Source: an uncultured Acidobacteriota bacterium (lineage in GTDB: Bacteria > Acidobacteriota > JAQAZP01). Taken from it: a stretch of DNA of 64,000 bases. Of the stretch, positions 49,116-61,389 are shown piece by piece. Under the pieces are notes generated by a model that saw only the letters and a list, made by a program, of their open reading frames with translations, was not told the DNA's origin and ran no database searches. Positions within the stretch are counted from its first letter, which is position 1. Each line of letters begins with the position of its first letter. The position numbers and the translations under genes are program-made. The stretch spans positions 1,888,001 through 1,952,000 of the forward strand of contig CAWIIB010000001.1 of NCBI GenBank assembly GCA_963836075.1. The letters run 5' to 3'.

Positions 49116-49131
49116 AGCAAAAGATGTACCA
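49116..49131 (-). promoter_or_regulatory. sigma54 promoter TGGTAC-N5-TTGCT
   Basis: Exact GG-N10-GC, 38 nt upstream of ATG 49078, adjacent to an EBP gene. Confidence 0.82.
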
Positions 49132-49429
49132 TTTATCCCCCAGACGGACAGAACATATTAACTGTTGTAATTAATGATCTTACGCAAAATAATAGAAATC
49201 GATCCCGTGACAGGTGGTACACTTTCATCCCCCGATAATGTTACATATCATCCCTGTATCAGGTGTGGTCACTTGCAGCCGAAAGATCTGGCCAAAGACA
49301 GAGAAGTCAATTAATGCATTATCTGTCAAGCATTAAAGAGGCAGGCCAGGAGGAGGGCACAAAACCTGGGATGGGGATGGCAGGTTTAAAAACCGTCCAT
49401 AAATAATTATGTTACGATAGTGTATTATG

Positions 49430-51169
<1,740 letters not shown>

Positions 51170-51249
51170 GTCACTCCTCCATGTCGGATAGCAACTATCG
51201 ATTGTACAGGATGTCCGGGAGGCGGGGAAAGGGGCGGGGGGCGCCCGGT

Positions 51250-52962
51250 CTAGTTGATGCCGCGGCCCGCAGCGACACTGGCGCCAAAGATATAGTCCTC
51301 GTCGTAGGCCAGAAAGTCCAGGCCGCTCTGCTCCACTGTACCGTCAACGTAGTTCCAGCCGCGGATGGTTGCGGTGTACCCGGCGCCAGGTCCGGGGCCC
51401 GGAGCGGTGATGATCTCATCCACACAGTCCCCGTCAATGTCGCCACAGGCCACGACAACGCCGTAATGAAACGAATCGTAAGCAACAAAACTGCCGCCCG
51501 GAATCTGGTCAGTGGTTCCGACTCCATATGGATCGACAGAAACGGCCCAACCGCGCACATGGGCAGAGTAGCCCTGCCCGGGTCCGGGTCCGGTGATGAT
51601 TTCGTCAATCCCGTCGCCGTCGATGTCGCCGCAGGCCACGTTGACTCCGTAATTGTTGGTGCTGTAAGCCAGGACGTTCACCCCCTCCATGGCCACCACC
51701 CCGCCCCCGTCCATGTTCCAGCCACGAACGCGGGCACGATATCCCATTCCGGGGCCGGGGCCGGTGACGATCTCGTCGATGCCGTCCCCATCGATGTCGC
51801 CGCAGGCCACGTTGACGCCGTACTTGGGGAAGCCGTAAGCCATATAACTGATACCGGTGACCACCGAAGAGCCGCCGTCATAGTCAAATGTCTTGACATT
51901 GGGACCGAAGCCGAAATCCTCGCCCGGCCCCGGGCCGGTGACGATCTCGTCGATCCCGTCGCCATCGATGTCGCCCAGGGCCACCCTGGCGCCAAACCTG
52001 TTCACTCCATAGGCCAGGAAGCTCAACCCGGGCAGAGGGTTCCCCTGGTCATCGAATCCCCTGACGTGCGGCCCCAATCCCTCACCCGGTCCCGGCCCGG
52101 TGACGATGGCCAGTTGCCCGTTGCCAGTGACATCACCGACAGCCACATTGACTCCGTAACGTTCCCCGCCGTAAGCCGCAAACTCCAGCAGCGGTTCCGC
52201 CAGGCTCACCGTAGGATCGAACAGCCGCGCCAGCGGCGGGTTGTTCCGACCGGGCCCCGGTCCGGTGATGATCAGTTCCGGCATCGCGGGCGCACCGCTG
52301 ATCACTTCGATGGGGACGCTGTCACTGAAACGGCAGATGATGGTGCCAAACTCGTCCAGGGCCACCACCCGGATCTGGTAGAGACCCGGCCCCTGGAAAT
52401 TGAGTGCGGTCACGGTAGTGGTTGACGCGGGGGAGTACAGAACCCGCTTGAAACAGCGGTGCCCGGGATCCCACTCGGTTCCGTTGGGATTGGCAAAGTA
52501 CTGGTTGACCAGGCTGACCTCCAGGCCGGCGCCGGCCACTCCGCCGAATTCGCTGACATCCCAGGTGAACGGGAACACCGGTTGATCCAGACTCACCGTT
52601 GACGGCACCACCGGCGGATTGGCTTCGCTGCTCCAGGGGAGCGCCGTGCAGGAGACCGGACTGGAGTACAAGCTCCTGAGACCGGATGTATCAACCGATT
52701 GCATCTTGAAATAGTAGGTGGTCCCCACGTTGAGGTCGGTGACGGTGTGGGAAGCCGCATCGGGATTGGCAATATACACACCATAGGGATAGGTTTCGCC
52801 ATCGGTGCTGTAGCGCAAGCGGTAACCGGCAAGATCGGGGGAGCTGGGGGGAGACCAGTCCACCCGGATAGTCGCCGCCGGCGCCACGAATCCCGCGAAC
52901 AGGGACAGCGTCAATACAATCATACACACCTTGCCAAAGAACCGCCCGCCAGTGATCAGCAT
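51250..52962 (-). CDS. Secreted fibronectin type III protein with C-terminal FG-GAP-like repeat module
   Basis: Signal peptide; W..DLAGYRLRY..LNVGTTYYF FN3; GPGPG..NPPL and GDIDGDGIDEIVTGPGPG repeats. Confidence 0.82.
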   Translation of the reverse strand: MLITGGRFFGKVCMIVLTLSLFAGFVAPAATIRVDWSPPSSPDLAGYRLRYSTDGETYPYGVYIANPDAASHTVTDLNVGTTYYFKMQSVDTSGLRSLYSSPVSCTALPWSSEANPPVVPSTVSLDQPVFPFTWDVSEFGGVAGAGLEVSLVNQYFANPNGTEWDPGHRCFKRVLYSPASTTTVTALNFQGPGLYQIRVVALDEFGTIICRFSDSVPIEVISGAPAMPELIITGPGPGRNNPPLARLFDPTVSLAEPLLEFAAYGGERYGVNVAVGDVTGNGQLAIVTGPGPGEGLGPHVRGFDDQGNPLPGLSFLAYGVNRFGARVALGDIDGDGIDEIVTGPGPGEDFGFGPNVKTFDYDGGSSVVTGISYMAYGFPKYGVNVACGDIDGDGIDEIVTGPGPGMGYRARVRGWNMDGGGVVAMEGVNVLAYSTNNYGVNVACGDIDGDGIDEIITGPGPGQGYSAHVRGWAVSVDPYGVGTTDQIPGGSFVAYDSFHYGVVVACGDIDGDCVDEIITAPGPGPGAGYTATIRGWNYVDGTVEQSGLDFLAYDEDYIFGASVAAGRGIN

Positions 52963-53020
52963 ATCCGCCCCACCCTCCACAACAACTGCTTGTACGGTTG
53001 ATTTACCGTGCCCCAGTAAT

Positions 53021-53036
53021 AGCAATGGGCATGCCA
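53021..53036 (-). promoter_or_regulatory. sigma54 promoter TGGCAT-N5-TTGCT with upstream GTCA-N6-TGAC boxes (53158-53171, 53282-53295)
   Basis: Exact GG-N10-GC; two perfect-arm palindromes upstream and one imperfect at 53040. Confidence 0.75.
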
Positions 53037-53448
53037 ACTGTCAAAAAACAGACAATCAACTTTGAACTAATTCCTATATAGCTGAAATAATGCACTTTAA
53101 TCATATTATCGTCTGGTCCTGAAAGGCGGTTCAATGGACAGGAAAGACCTGCCATTCGTCAATTTCGTGACATGGCTTACGATATCGAAAAAATGGAACC
53201 AATATTGTAATCGGCACTCAATAACAGCAACTAAATAGCCGATTAATAGAATCAACTACTTTATTTTTCCGTCCTCGATACGTCAAAAAACTGACTGGTA
53301 TTGAAGCACGGAATGGAGCGTCATGTAAACAGGTCATGTTTTTCAGTCACTTAGCAGGATTTTAGGGTAGATTTCCCGCGGGTAATACCGTATACTTAGT
53401 GATCCTGCACTGCCCGGCGCACGCCACTTCCGGATGAGGAGTATCCCG

Positions 53449-55701
53449 ATGACCGTCACCCGCTTCTTCCCGCTCGCCCTTCTCCTTGTATCCCTCTGTG
53501 CCGGCGCCGTCTTTGCCGGGGTCAGCGCTGAGGGCCTGATCACCCGTGACGAGGGGCCGCTGGTGCTCCAGTCACCGCTGGGCCGTTTTACGCTGCTGAT
53601 GGCGCCGGAAGCGTCGCAGCACGGCCTGATGCAGTCCCGTCTGGAAATCCGTGAGCAGGGTGAGGAGAGCCGGTTCATCCCCGGCGTGCGCGGGAACTGC
53701 TTCTTCATTTCCGACCTGGAGAGGATCGTCTCCATTGAAATGCCGGACACCAATGCGGTGCCGGGCCGGCTGGAACTGCTCGACTGTAACGGCCGGCGGC
53801 TGCTGGTCCGCAAGCTCTCCCCCGTCACCGACCCGTCACTCTCCTCCGACGGCTCACGGCTGGTCTACCGCAGCAACGGCGAAATACATCTCCTCGACTT
53901 GCGAACCTTCGAGGAGCGGATTTTCCCAAATCTGGCAATCTTCTGCGCCGGCCCGGACGGCCGGCTGGCCGGGGCCCCGGACGGCGGATCGGCGGAGGTG
54001 ATCATCCACACCGGCCACACCGCCCGGCACACGGTCAAGGTCGATTCGCGTCCGGTGAGGATCGCCTGGGAGCCTGATGGTTCAGTGCTCTACGTGCTCA
54101 CCGCCCGGACGCTCTACCGCCTGCCCCGGGGCGCCAGCAACGCAGCGGTGATTTTCAATGCCCCGCCGGAGAGCCGGCTGCGCGACCTGCGGGTGACGGG
54201 AAAAACGCTCCAGCTCGGGGTCCGGCACCTGACCGAGGACAGGGTATACGGGGAACTGATCACCATTGACCCGAGGGGCCGGGAGGTGGACCGGGCCCGG
54301 GGCCCGCAGCGTGAGATACCGGAGGAATTCTCCAAAGACCGGCTGAACAGGGGCATCCCCTGGCCCCTGCTGCCAAACATTCAGCAGGAGATCGGCAATA
54401 CCTATGGCGAATTCCAGTACTACGGCGGCGCCCCCTACATGCACCCCGGCATCGACGTGATGGGTTCGCCGGGACAGGCGGTCCACGCCGTCCACTCCGG
54501 CGAGGTCAAGGCGGTGCTCACCACCAGCGGCTCCTGGCACTGGCGGGTGGCGGTGAGCAACAACAGCGGCAGTGATACCAGCGAGGGATACCTCTACGCC
54601 CACCTGGACCAGTCGACCATCGCGGTGAGCGTCGGCGACACGGTGGCCCTGGGGCAGTATCTCGGCGACCTGGTGCAGTGGCCCAGCTACAACTTCACCC
54701 ACATCCACTTCGCCCGCATCGAGGATTCGGGCAGCCAGTGGTATGGCAACTGGCTCTGCACCGGCAATCCGCACCTCGAACTGGACAACCTCAGTGAAAC
54801 CATGGCCCCGGTGTTCGAACCGGCCCAGGGCAGCAGTATCTTCGCCTTCTGCGACAACGAGACCGACAACTACCAGGATCCCGCCGCGCTCAGCGGCCAG
54901 GTGGACATCATCGCCCACGTCGGTGACCGGATCGACTCCAGCTGGGTCTGCACCGTGCAGTCCATCGTCTACAGCATCTACCCGGTGGGCAACCCCAGGG
55001 CCGCGGTGATCACCGATAAACTGGCGGTGAACTTCGACATGGATCTGGACACCTACCAGAGCGGCCCGGTGGACCCGTTCCTCGTCGACCTGCTCTACAA
55101 GCAGGACGCGGTCTGCCAGACCTACGGCGACTACGACTACCGCGAGTTCTATCACATCATCACCAACAGCGACGGCGACCAGGTCTACGAGACGTCCGAC
55201 CTGCTGGAAGCCTGGGACACCACCGCGGTCTGGGACGGCGACTACGTGGTGGAGGTCACCGCCACCGACACGGCGGGCAACGCCGCCACCCAGTCGATGG
55301 TGGTCACCACGGCCAATGGCATCATCCCCACCGACACGGTGGCCGCGACCCTGACCTGCATTCCCGGCACGGGCACGGTGCCCTTCGTCACCACCATGAC
55401 CGCCACCCTGGAAAACATCTACACCGAACAGACCCGGACCCTGGCCGGGCGGCTGGCAGTGGACCTGGCCGGCGGACAGCACTTCGACGGCTGGCGGGCC
55501 GGGTATACCAACGTGGCGCCCGAAGCCAGTTTCTCCACCAACTGGAACCAGAGCATCCCGGCCCTCGCAACGCTGATCGGGGTCAACACCTTCACCCTGA
55601 CCGTGCAGGACGTGACCCCCGTCCCGTACAACCAGCCGCCGTACGCGCCGGCCGGCGACACGGCCGAGGACGCTTGCACGGTGACCGCAGCTGTCCCATA
55701 A
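53449..55701 (+). CDS. Secreted M23-like metallopeptidase with N-terminal propeller-like region + shared CTD
   Basis: GAGGAG RBS; HPGID, YLYAHL, THIHF (HxxxD / HxH); QDVTPVPYNQPPY CTD. Confidence 0.82.
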   Translation: MTVTRFFPLALLLVSLCAGAVFAGVSAEGLITRDEGPLVLQSPLGRFTLLMAPEASQHGLMQSRLEIREQGEESRFIPGVRGNCFFISDLERIVSIEMPDTNAVPGRLELLDCNGRRLLVRKLSPVTDPSLSSDGSRLVYRSNGEIHLLDLRTFEERIFPNLAIFCAGPDGRLAGAPDGGSAEVIIHTGHTARHTVKVDSRPVRIAWEPDGSVLYVLTARTLYRLPRGASNAAVIFNAPPESRLRDLRVTGKTLQLGVRHLTEDRVYGELITIDPRGREVDRARGPQREIPEEFSKDRLNRGIPWPLLPNIQQEIGNTYGEFQYYGGAPYMHPGIDVMGSPGQAVHAVHSGEVKAVLTTSGSWHWRVAVSNNSGSDTSEGYLYAHLDQSTIAVSVGDTVALGQYLGDLVQWPSYNFTHIHFARIEDSGSQWYGNWLCTGNPHLELDNLSETMAPVFEPAQGSSIFAFCDNETDNYQDPAALSGQVDIIAHVGDRIDSSWVCTVQSIVYSIYPVGNPRAAVITDKLAVNFDMDLDTYQSGPVDPFLVDLLYKQDAVCQTYGDYDYREFYHIITNSDGDQVYETSDLLEAWDTTAVWDGDYVVEVTATDTAGNAATQSMVVTTANGIIPTDTVAATLTCIPGTGTVPFVTTMTATLENIYTEQTRTLAGRLAVDLAGGQHFDGWRAGYTNVAPEASFSTNWNQSIPALATLIGVNTFTLTVQDVTPVPYNQPPYAPAGDTAEDACTVTAAVP

Positions 55702-55746
55702 TCTTCAGGCATCCTCAACCGTTCGGTGAGCGCTTGGAGTGAACGT

Positions 55747-56865
55747 ATGTCCGCCGCTGCCCCGTCAACACCCCGACCCTCGCTCCCCCGGCGTCTGCTG
55801 CGCTGGCTGGCCCTGGCGCTGATCTGGATCCTCGTGCCCCTGATCGCCGCCGAAATCGCGCTTCGCATACGTCACCTGCTGCAGGAAAAGCCCGAGGACT
55901 ACACCATGACCATCACCTCGGAGAGCCGGCAGCGGCGCTACCAGTACCGGCCAGGTTTTTCCGGCCTCAGTCACGGCAACCACCACATGCGCGTCAACGC
56001 CTTCGGCTTCCGGGGGCACGAGTATCCGGAAAAGAAAGGTGAGGGCACCAGACGGATACTGATCCTCGGCGACTCGGTGGCCCTGGGCCTGTTTCGCGAG
56101 GAGGAATACACCTTCCCCGCCATGCTGGAGGTCTACCTCAACCGGGCAGAGGACGGGTGGACCTACGAGGTGCTCAACGGGGCGGTGAGCGGCTACAACG
56201 CGGAGAACGAGCTGGGCACCCTGCGCCAGATGGGGCCGCGGGTCGAGCCCGACCTGGTGATCCTGCAGACCTGCATCAACGACATCGCGCCTTCCAACTA
56301 CGTCTCGGCGATCAACGGCGGCTCCTATTTCAACTACCGCGGGGACTACCTGCCCGAGGCGGGGCTGCTGCGCACCGTGGGCGAATTCATGGAGCAGCAC
56401 TCGGTGCTGGTGGCCGAGATCACGGCCAACCTCGACCGCTACCTGAAAGCGAAGGGCAAACGCGAGGACTACTACTTCTACTTCCGGTGGTTCTACCGGG
56501 AAATATTTCTCGGCGAGTTCGAGCACCCCAAGGTGGAGCGGGCCTGGGAACGCGTTCTGGAAACCACCGCAGAGATGCACCGGGAGGCCGAGCGCCAGGG
56601 GGCCCGTTTCCTCTGCCTGATCTACCTGCCCAGCCACCTGATGAAATACGAAGAGCCACCCGGCGGCTACACCTCGCGCCTGGTCCAGCTGGCCGAAACC
56701 AACGGGTATCCCTGCATCGTGATGAAGGATGAATTCCTCCAACGCTGGCAGGGCCGGAACATCTATGCCGACCGGGTACACCTCAACGGCTGGGGCCACG
56801 AACTCAGTGCCAAAATCATACGCGACCACCTGGCCGGGCACCCCGAACTGTTCACCGCTCCCTGA
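55747..56865 (+). CDS. Membrane-anchored SGNH/GDSL hydrolase-like protein
   Basis: N-terminal TM; ILGDS, NGAVSGY, CIND, DRVHLN. Confidence 0.85.
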   Translation: MSAAAPSTPRPSLPRRLLRWLALALIWILVPLIAAEIALRIRHLLQEKPEDYTMTITSESRQRRYQYRPGFSGLSHGNHHMRVNAFGFRGHEYPEKKGEGTRRILILGDSVALGLFREEEYTFPAMLEVYLNRAEDGWTYEVLNGAVSGYNAENELGTLRQMGPRVEPDLVILQTCINDIAPSNYVSAINGGSYFNYRGDYLPEAGLLRTVGEFMEQHSVLVAEITANLDRYLKAKGKREDYYFYFRWFYREIFLGEFEHPKVERAWERVLETTAEMHREAERQGARFLCLIYLPSHLMKYEEPPGGYTSRLVQLAETNGYPCIVMKDEFLQRWQGRNIYADRVHLNGWGHELSAKIIRDHLAGHPELFTAP

Positions 56866-56870
56866 TCCGG

Positions 56871-59273
56871 ATGTTTGTGATGAACCACGAGAGCAGCCCC
56901 GAAATCCCGGCCCTGCCGGTGGAAGCGCTTCGCGCCGAGTTCAGTGAACTGTTCCACCGCGGGCACCTGGTGATCTCCGCGCCCACCGGCAGCGGCAAGT
57001 CGACCCTGGTGCCTGTCTGGTGTCTCGAGGAGCTGGGCGACGGGGCCCGGGTGCTGGTGGTGGAACCGCGGCGCGTGGCCTGCCGGGCCCTGGCCCGCTA
57101 CGTCAGCGCCCGCTTCGAGGGCGAACCGGGCGGCACGGTGGGGTACCGGGTGCAGCACGACGACTGCTCCGGGCCGGAAACCCGGATTCTTTTTGCCACC
57201 CCCGGCGTGGCCCTCCGCCTGCTCCAGGGCCCGGGCTGCCGCCAGTGGGCCGCGGTGGTTCTGGACGAGTTCCATGAGCGGGGCCTGGAGACCGACCTGC
57301 TGCTGGCGGTCTGCCGCCACGAGGAGGTGGGCCGGATCCTGGTGATGTCGGCCACCCTGGAGAAAAAACGGCTGGTGGAGTTTCTCGGCGCCCGGCTGCT
57401 GGAGGCCTCGGGCCGGCTGCACCCGGTGGATGTGGAGTATGAATCGGAGAGCGACCTGCCCTCGGCAGACGGGCTTGAGGAGCGGGTGGCCCGGGCGGTG
57501 ACCGGGTTCGGGGACGAAGAGGGCGACCTGCTGGTCTTTCTCCCGGGAAAGGCCGAGATCGGGGCCTGCCTCAGCCGCCTCTCCGGCACCGCCGGCCTGA
57601 ACGTGCTGCCGCTCCACGGCGGGCTGCCGCCGGCCGAGCAGGACCGGGTTTTCCAGACGGTTCGCGGACGGCGGGTGATCCTCTCCACCAACGTGGCCGA
57701 AACCTCGGTGACCATCCCCGGCGTGGTGGGAGTGATCGACTCCGGGCTGGCCCGCCAGACCTACTACCGGGACGGTCGGACGGTGCTGGGCCTGCGGGTC
57801 ATCTCCCACGCGTCGGCCGAGCAGCGCCGCGGCCGCGCCGGGCGCCTCCGACCGGGCCGCTGTGTCCGGCTCTGGGGCCGGCAGGCCGTGCTCCAGTCCG
57901 ACACCCCGCCGGAGATCCTGCGCCAGGACCTCTCCCAGGCGCTGCTCACCGCGGCAGCGGCGGGCTACCGCCTGGACCGGCTGCCGATGCTCGACGCCCC
58001 GCGGCCCTTTGCCGTGGAGCAGGCCACCAGGCGCCTGGCCGCCGTGGGCGCACTGGACGGCGACGGGATCACCGCACTGGGCCGGACCATGTTCCGGCTG
58101 CCGCTGGACGCCTCCTTCTCCCGCGTGCTGCTGGAGGCCCGGCGGCGGTCGTACCCGCCCCGCGTGCTCCAGGCCCTGGTGGACCTCACCGCACTGCTCA
58201 ACCTCGACCGGCCGCTCTTTGCCCGGCCCCCTGGGGGGCCGGAGGGAGAGGAGGTGGCCGAGGACCGCCGCAAGCTGGGGGAGGCCGGCTGCGACGGAGC
58301 GCTGATGGTTCGCGCGTTCCGTTCGGGAAAGATCCGCCGCCTGGCCCTCAACCCGGCGGTGCTGTCCGAGGCCCGCAAGGTGGCCGGACAGGTGCGCGGC
58401 CTGCTGGACCTCGACCCGGTGAGCGAGGCGGAGCAGGAGAAGGTGGACAGCCGGGGCATGGCCCTGGCCTGGATGCGGGCGGTTCCGGGATCGGCCTTCG
58501 TGCCCCGGGCCCGGCGCGACGCCTGGGCCAGCGACGCCGGAGAAGAGCTGCTGCTCTCCCACTCATCGGTGCTGCGGGCCGGGGCGCCGGCGCTGGTGGC
58601 CGCCGCCCGCCGCACGGTGGTGGGCCGCGGCGGCCGCAAGACCACCTTCACCACCTGTGCCCTGCCGGCCGATCTCAAGCTGTTGCTCGAGGCCGGCCTG
58701 GGTGAGGAACGACCGGGCAGGGTCTTCATCCACCAGGGGCGGGTGATGGCCGAGGTGGAGCGGCGCTATGCCGGCGTGACGCTGGAGAGCAGCGAGAAGG
58801 AGCCGGAGGGCCGGGCGGCACGGGAAGCGGTGGCCCAGCTGATCCTGCGCAACCGGATCCTCAAGGGATCGGCCGCACCGCTGCAGGAGGAGATCGATCG
58901 CCACAACCTCCGTTGCCGCCTCGACCCGGCCCAGGGGCGGGAAGAGGTGGACCCCACCCGCTGGCTGGTGGACCGGCTGGAGGAGATCGGCCTGGAGCAC
59001 GGGTCGGACGCGGCGATCCTCTCCCCCACCGACCTCGCCTTCCCCGGCATGCCCGCCGGGGAGCAGGAGGAGTTCGACCGGCGGTTCCCTCGGCAGCTCA
59101 AACTGGGTAACCTGCAGTGCCGCGTGGAGTATGAGCCGGCGGGCCGGGTGGTAACCCTGGTCAAGGAGGCCGGCGTCTCCCCCCAGCCGCCAGACCCGCG
59201 CTACCTGCCGGCCTGGCCCGGCTGGAAGATCCGCTTCCGGGACCGGCAGCGGGTGGTGCCGGTGCGGGGATGA
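56871..59273 (+). CDS. ATP-dependent DEAH-box RNA helicase, HrpB-like
   Basis: APTGSGKST, EPRR, LDEFHER, MSAT, FLPG, STNVAETSVTI, QRRGRAGR. Confidence 0.88.
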   Translation: MFVMNHESSPEIPALPVEALRAEFSELFHRGHLVISAPTGSGKSTLVPVWCLEELGDGARVLVVEPRRVACRALARYVSARFEGEPGGTVGYRVQHDDCSGPETRILFATPGVALRLLQGPGCRQWAAVVLDEFHERGLETDLLLAVCRHEEVGRILVMSATLEKKRLVEFLGARLLEASGRLHPVDVEYESESDLPSADGLEERVARAVTGFGDEEGDLLVFLPGKAEIGACLSRLSGTAGLNVLPLHGGLPPAEQDRVFQTVRGRRVILSTNVAETSVTIPGVVGVIDSGLARQTYYRDGRTVLGLRVISHASAEQRRGRAGRLRPGRCVRLWGRQAVLQSDTPPEILRQDLSQALLTAAAAGYRLDRLPMLDAPRPFAVEQATRRLAAVGALDGDGITALGRTMFRLPLDASFSRVLLEARRRSYPPRVLQALVDLTALLNLDRPLFARPPGGPEGEEVAEDRRKLGEAGCDGALMVRAFRSGKIRRLALNPAVLSEARKVAGQVRGLLDLDPVSEAEQEKVDSRGMALAWMRAVPGSAFVPRARRDAWASDAGEELLLSHSSVLRAGAPALVAAARRTVVGRGGRKTTFTTCALPADLKLLLEAGLGEERPGRVFIHQGRVMAEVERRYAGVTLESSEKEPEGRAAREAVAQLILRNRILKGSAAPLQEEIDRHNLRCRLDPAQGREEVDPTRWLVDRLEEIGLEHGSDAAILSPTDLAFPGMPAGEQEEFDRRFPRQLKLGNLQCRVEYEPAGRVVTLVKEAGVSPQPPDPRYLPAWPGWKIRFRDRQRVVPVRG

Positions 59274-61117
59274 ATACTGAACTGAAGGACCGGACAATGC
59301 CAACGTTGGAGAAGAGCGGATGGGGCGGGATCCTCGCGGTGGTCCTGGTCTACCTCGCCCTGGCCCTGAGCTGCGTCCTCCTCGTCCCGCTCTGGGAAGC
59401 GCCCGACGAACCGGCGCACTTTCTCCGCATCCGGGCCGAAGCCCGGGCCATGGGCCTGGTGCGCACAGCAGAACCGAGCCGCTGGCTCTTCCCTCCGGAC
59501 GGGCCGGCGCCGCCGGACCACCACCCGGGCCTGGCCCTCCAGCGCCGGGAGGGGTTCTGGAAGAAGGGCAATGTGGTCAGCGGGTATGAAAGACACCAGC
59601 CGCCCGGGTACTACCTGCTCACCGCCCCGCTCCTCGCCCTCTCCGCCGGGGAGGCTGATCCGCCATTCTTTTTCAACCAGCAGTACGAAACCGGGCAGGG
59701 CCAGGTTTTTTACCACGGGGCCGACAACGACCCGGCCTACCAGACCGCCCGCCGGTCAGTTCTGCTGCTGCGTCTCGTCTCGGTGCTGCTGGGCGCCTGC
59801 AGCCTGGTGCTCATCTGGCTCACTGCCGGCCGCCTGGTCCGCGGCGCCGGGCGGAGGACAGCCCTGGCCGCGGCCGCCCTGACCGCGTTTCTGCCCCAGT
59901 TCATCTTTGTCACCTCGGTGATCAACAACGACTCCCTGGCCCTGGCCCTCTCGGCGCTCTTCTTCCTTGTGCTGGTCCGCCCGGGGGCCGCCCGCCCGCT
60001 GCTCACCCCCGCCCGGGCCGTGCTGCTGGTCCTGGTGTTCGCCGCCGCCCTGCTCACCGAATTCGCCCTGGTCTTTCTCTTCCCCGCGGCCCTGGCCTAC
60101 CTCGCCGCCGCCGGCGGGGGACGAAAGCCGCTGCGGACCGCCGCGGCCGTCTCCGCCGCCGTGGTCCTGCCGGCGCTGCTCCTGCTCACCGTTCCCCAGC
60201 GCCTCACCGGCAGCGGAGCTCACTGGGACCCGGTTCGCCAGCTGGAGCGGATCAGCACGGTGGGCCACGGCCTCCTGCAGTGGGAATCCCTGCGCGAGAC
60301 CGTACGGCTCTTCTTCACCTCCGCCTGGGGGGTCTTCGGCTGGATGTCGGTATTCCCGCCGCCGCTGCTCACCGCCGCCTACATTGCCGTTTCCGTGATT
60401 ATCCTGCTGGGCCTGGTCCGGCTGCTGGGGCCGGCCGGCCGGGACGGCAGCGCACCGGTGCCGGCGCCAGGCGTGCGCGCGCTCTTCGCCACTGCTTTGA
60501 TCGGCCTTGTCTTCCTGGTGGTCAGGAATGCCCTGTTCACTTTCCAGCCCCAGGGCCGGATGTTCCTCCCGCTCCTGCCCCTGGCCGCGCCGCTGGCCGC
60601 GGCGGGCCTCCAGCGGATGAGGCCCCGGATCCCGGGCCGGCTCTGTCTGCCGGTGGTGGTCTTCATGCTCGGCGCCTCCCTCTACTGTCTGTTCGGCATG
60701 ATCCGGCCATTTTACCGGGCGGTGCGGGCGCCGGTCACATTCACCCTTCCCGCTGAATCGGCTATACTGTATGGCCTGTACGGGGCGGGGTTCGAAGTGG
60801 AGGAATACGCCGGACACTCCACCACGGCCCGGCTGGAACGGACCGGCGCTCTGCGGCTGCAGAATCCGGGCCGGCGGCAACTGGAGGCGACACTCCGTGT
60901 TTCCGTTACGGCCGAAAAACCGCCGCGGAGACTGGAGATCTGGGACCGGCAAGGGCCGGTGGGCCGCTTCTCCATGGAGGACGGCCGCCGTTTCTTCCAG
61001 CTGGACCGGCTGACCCTGCCCCCCGGCGAGACCGTCCTCTTCTTCCACCTGCCGGACGAGGGGGAGCGGGGCGGCTGCCGTGTGGGCGGATTGGCCCTCG
61101 TCTCACCCGGCCCATAG
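59270..61117 (+). CDS. GT-C fold membrane glycosyltransferase (DUF2142/PMT-like)
   Basis: EAPDEPAH after TM1, HQPPGYY, INNDSL, QGRM; ~11-12 TM. Confidence 0.75.
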   Translation: MNTELKDRTMPTLEKSGWGGILAVVLVYLALALSCVLLVPLWEAPDEPAHFLRIRAEARAMGLVRTAEPSRWLFPPDGPAPPDHHPGLALQRREGFWKKGNVVSGYERHQPPGYYLLTAPLLALSAGEADPPFFFNQQYETGQGQVFYHGADNDPAYQTARRSVLLLRLVSVLLGACSLVLIWLTAGRLVRGAGRRTALAAAALTAFLPQFIFVTSVINNDSLALALSALFFLVLVRPGAARPLLTPARAVLLVLVFAAALLTEFALVFLFPAALAYLAAAGGGRKPLRTAAAVSAAVVLPALLLLTVPQRLTGSGAHWDPVRQLERISTVGHGLLQWESLRETVRLFFTSAWGVFGWMSVFPPPLLTAAYIAVSVIILLGLVRLLGPAGRDGSAPVPAPGVRALFATALIGLVFLVVRNALFTFQPQGRMFLPLLPLAAPLAAAGLQRMRPRIPGRLCLPVVVFMLGASLYCLFGMIRPFYRAVRAPVTFTLPAESAILYGLYGAGFEVEEYAGHSTTARLERTGALRLQNPGRRQLEATLRVSVTAEKPPRRLEIWDRQGPVGRFSMEDGRRFFQLDRLTLPPGETVLFFHLPDEGERGGCRVGGLALVSPGP

Positions 61118-61158
61118 TACCGGCGGCAGAACGGACCGGCGCTGAAAGGACCAAGCAG

Positions 61159-61389
61159 ATGGGCAGTGATGAAAAGGACTTCGTCTTCCGCTTCAAGCTT
61201 GACCGGGAGTCGACCGGTGACGCGGTGTATGACGATCCGCTCACCGAACTGGTGCGCAGCCAGCTGGAAGCGCTGCTCGAGGTGGTGGTGCTGACCCGCG
61301 GCGGCGAGGAACTGCGCGGGGTGGACGGCTTCCGGTTCATGAAACAGATCGACCGCCCGTTTGAGATCTATCCCGAAAAACAGGATTGA
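61159..61389 (+). CDS. Small hypothetical protein (76 aa)
   Basis: AAGGA RBS; overlaps the start of the next gene; fills the operon gap. Confidence 0.6.
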   Translation: MGSDEKDFVFRFKLDRESTGDAVYDDPLTELVRSQLEALLEVVVLTRGGEELRGVDGFRFMKQIDRPFEIYPEKQD

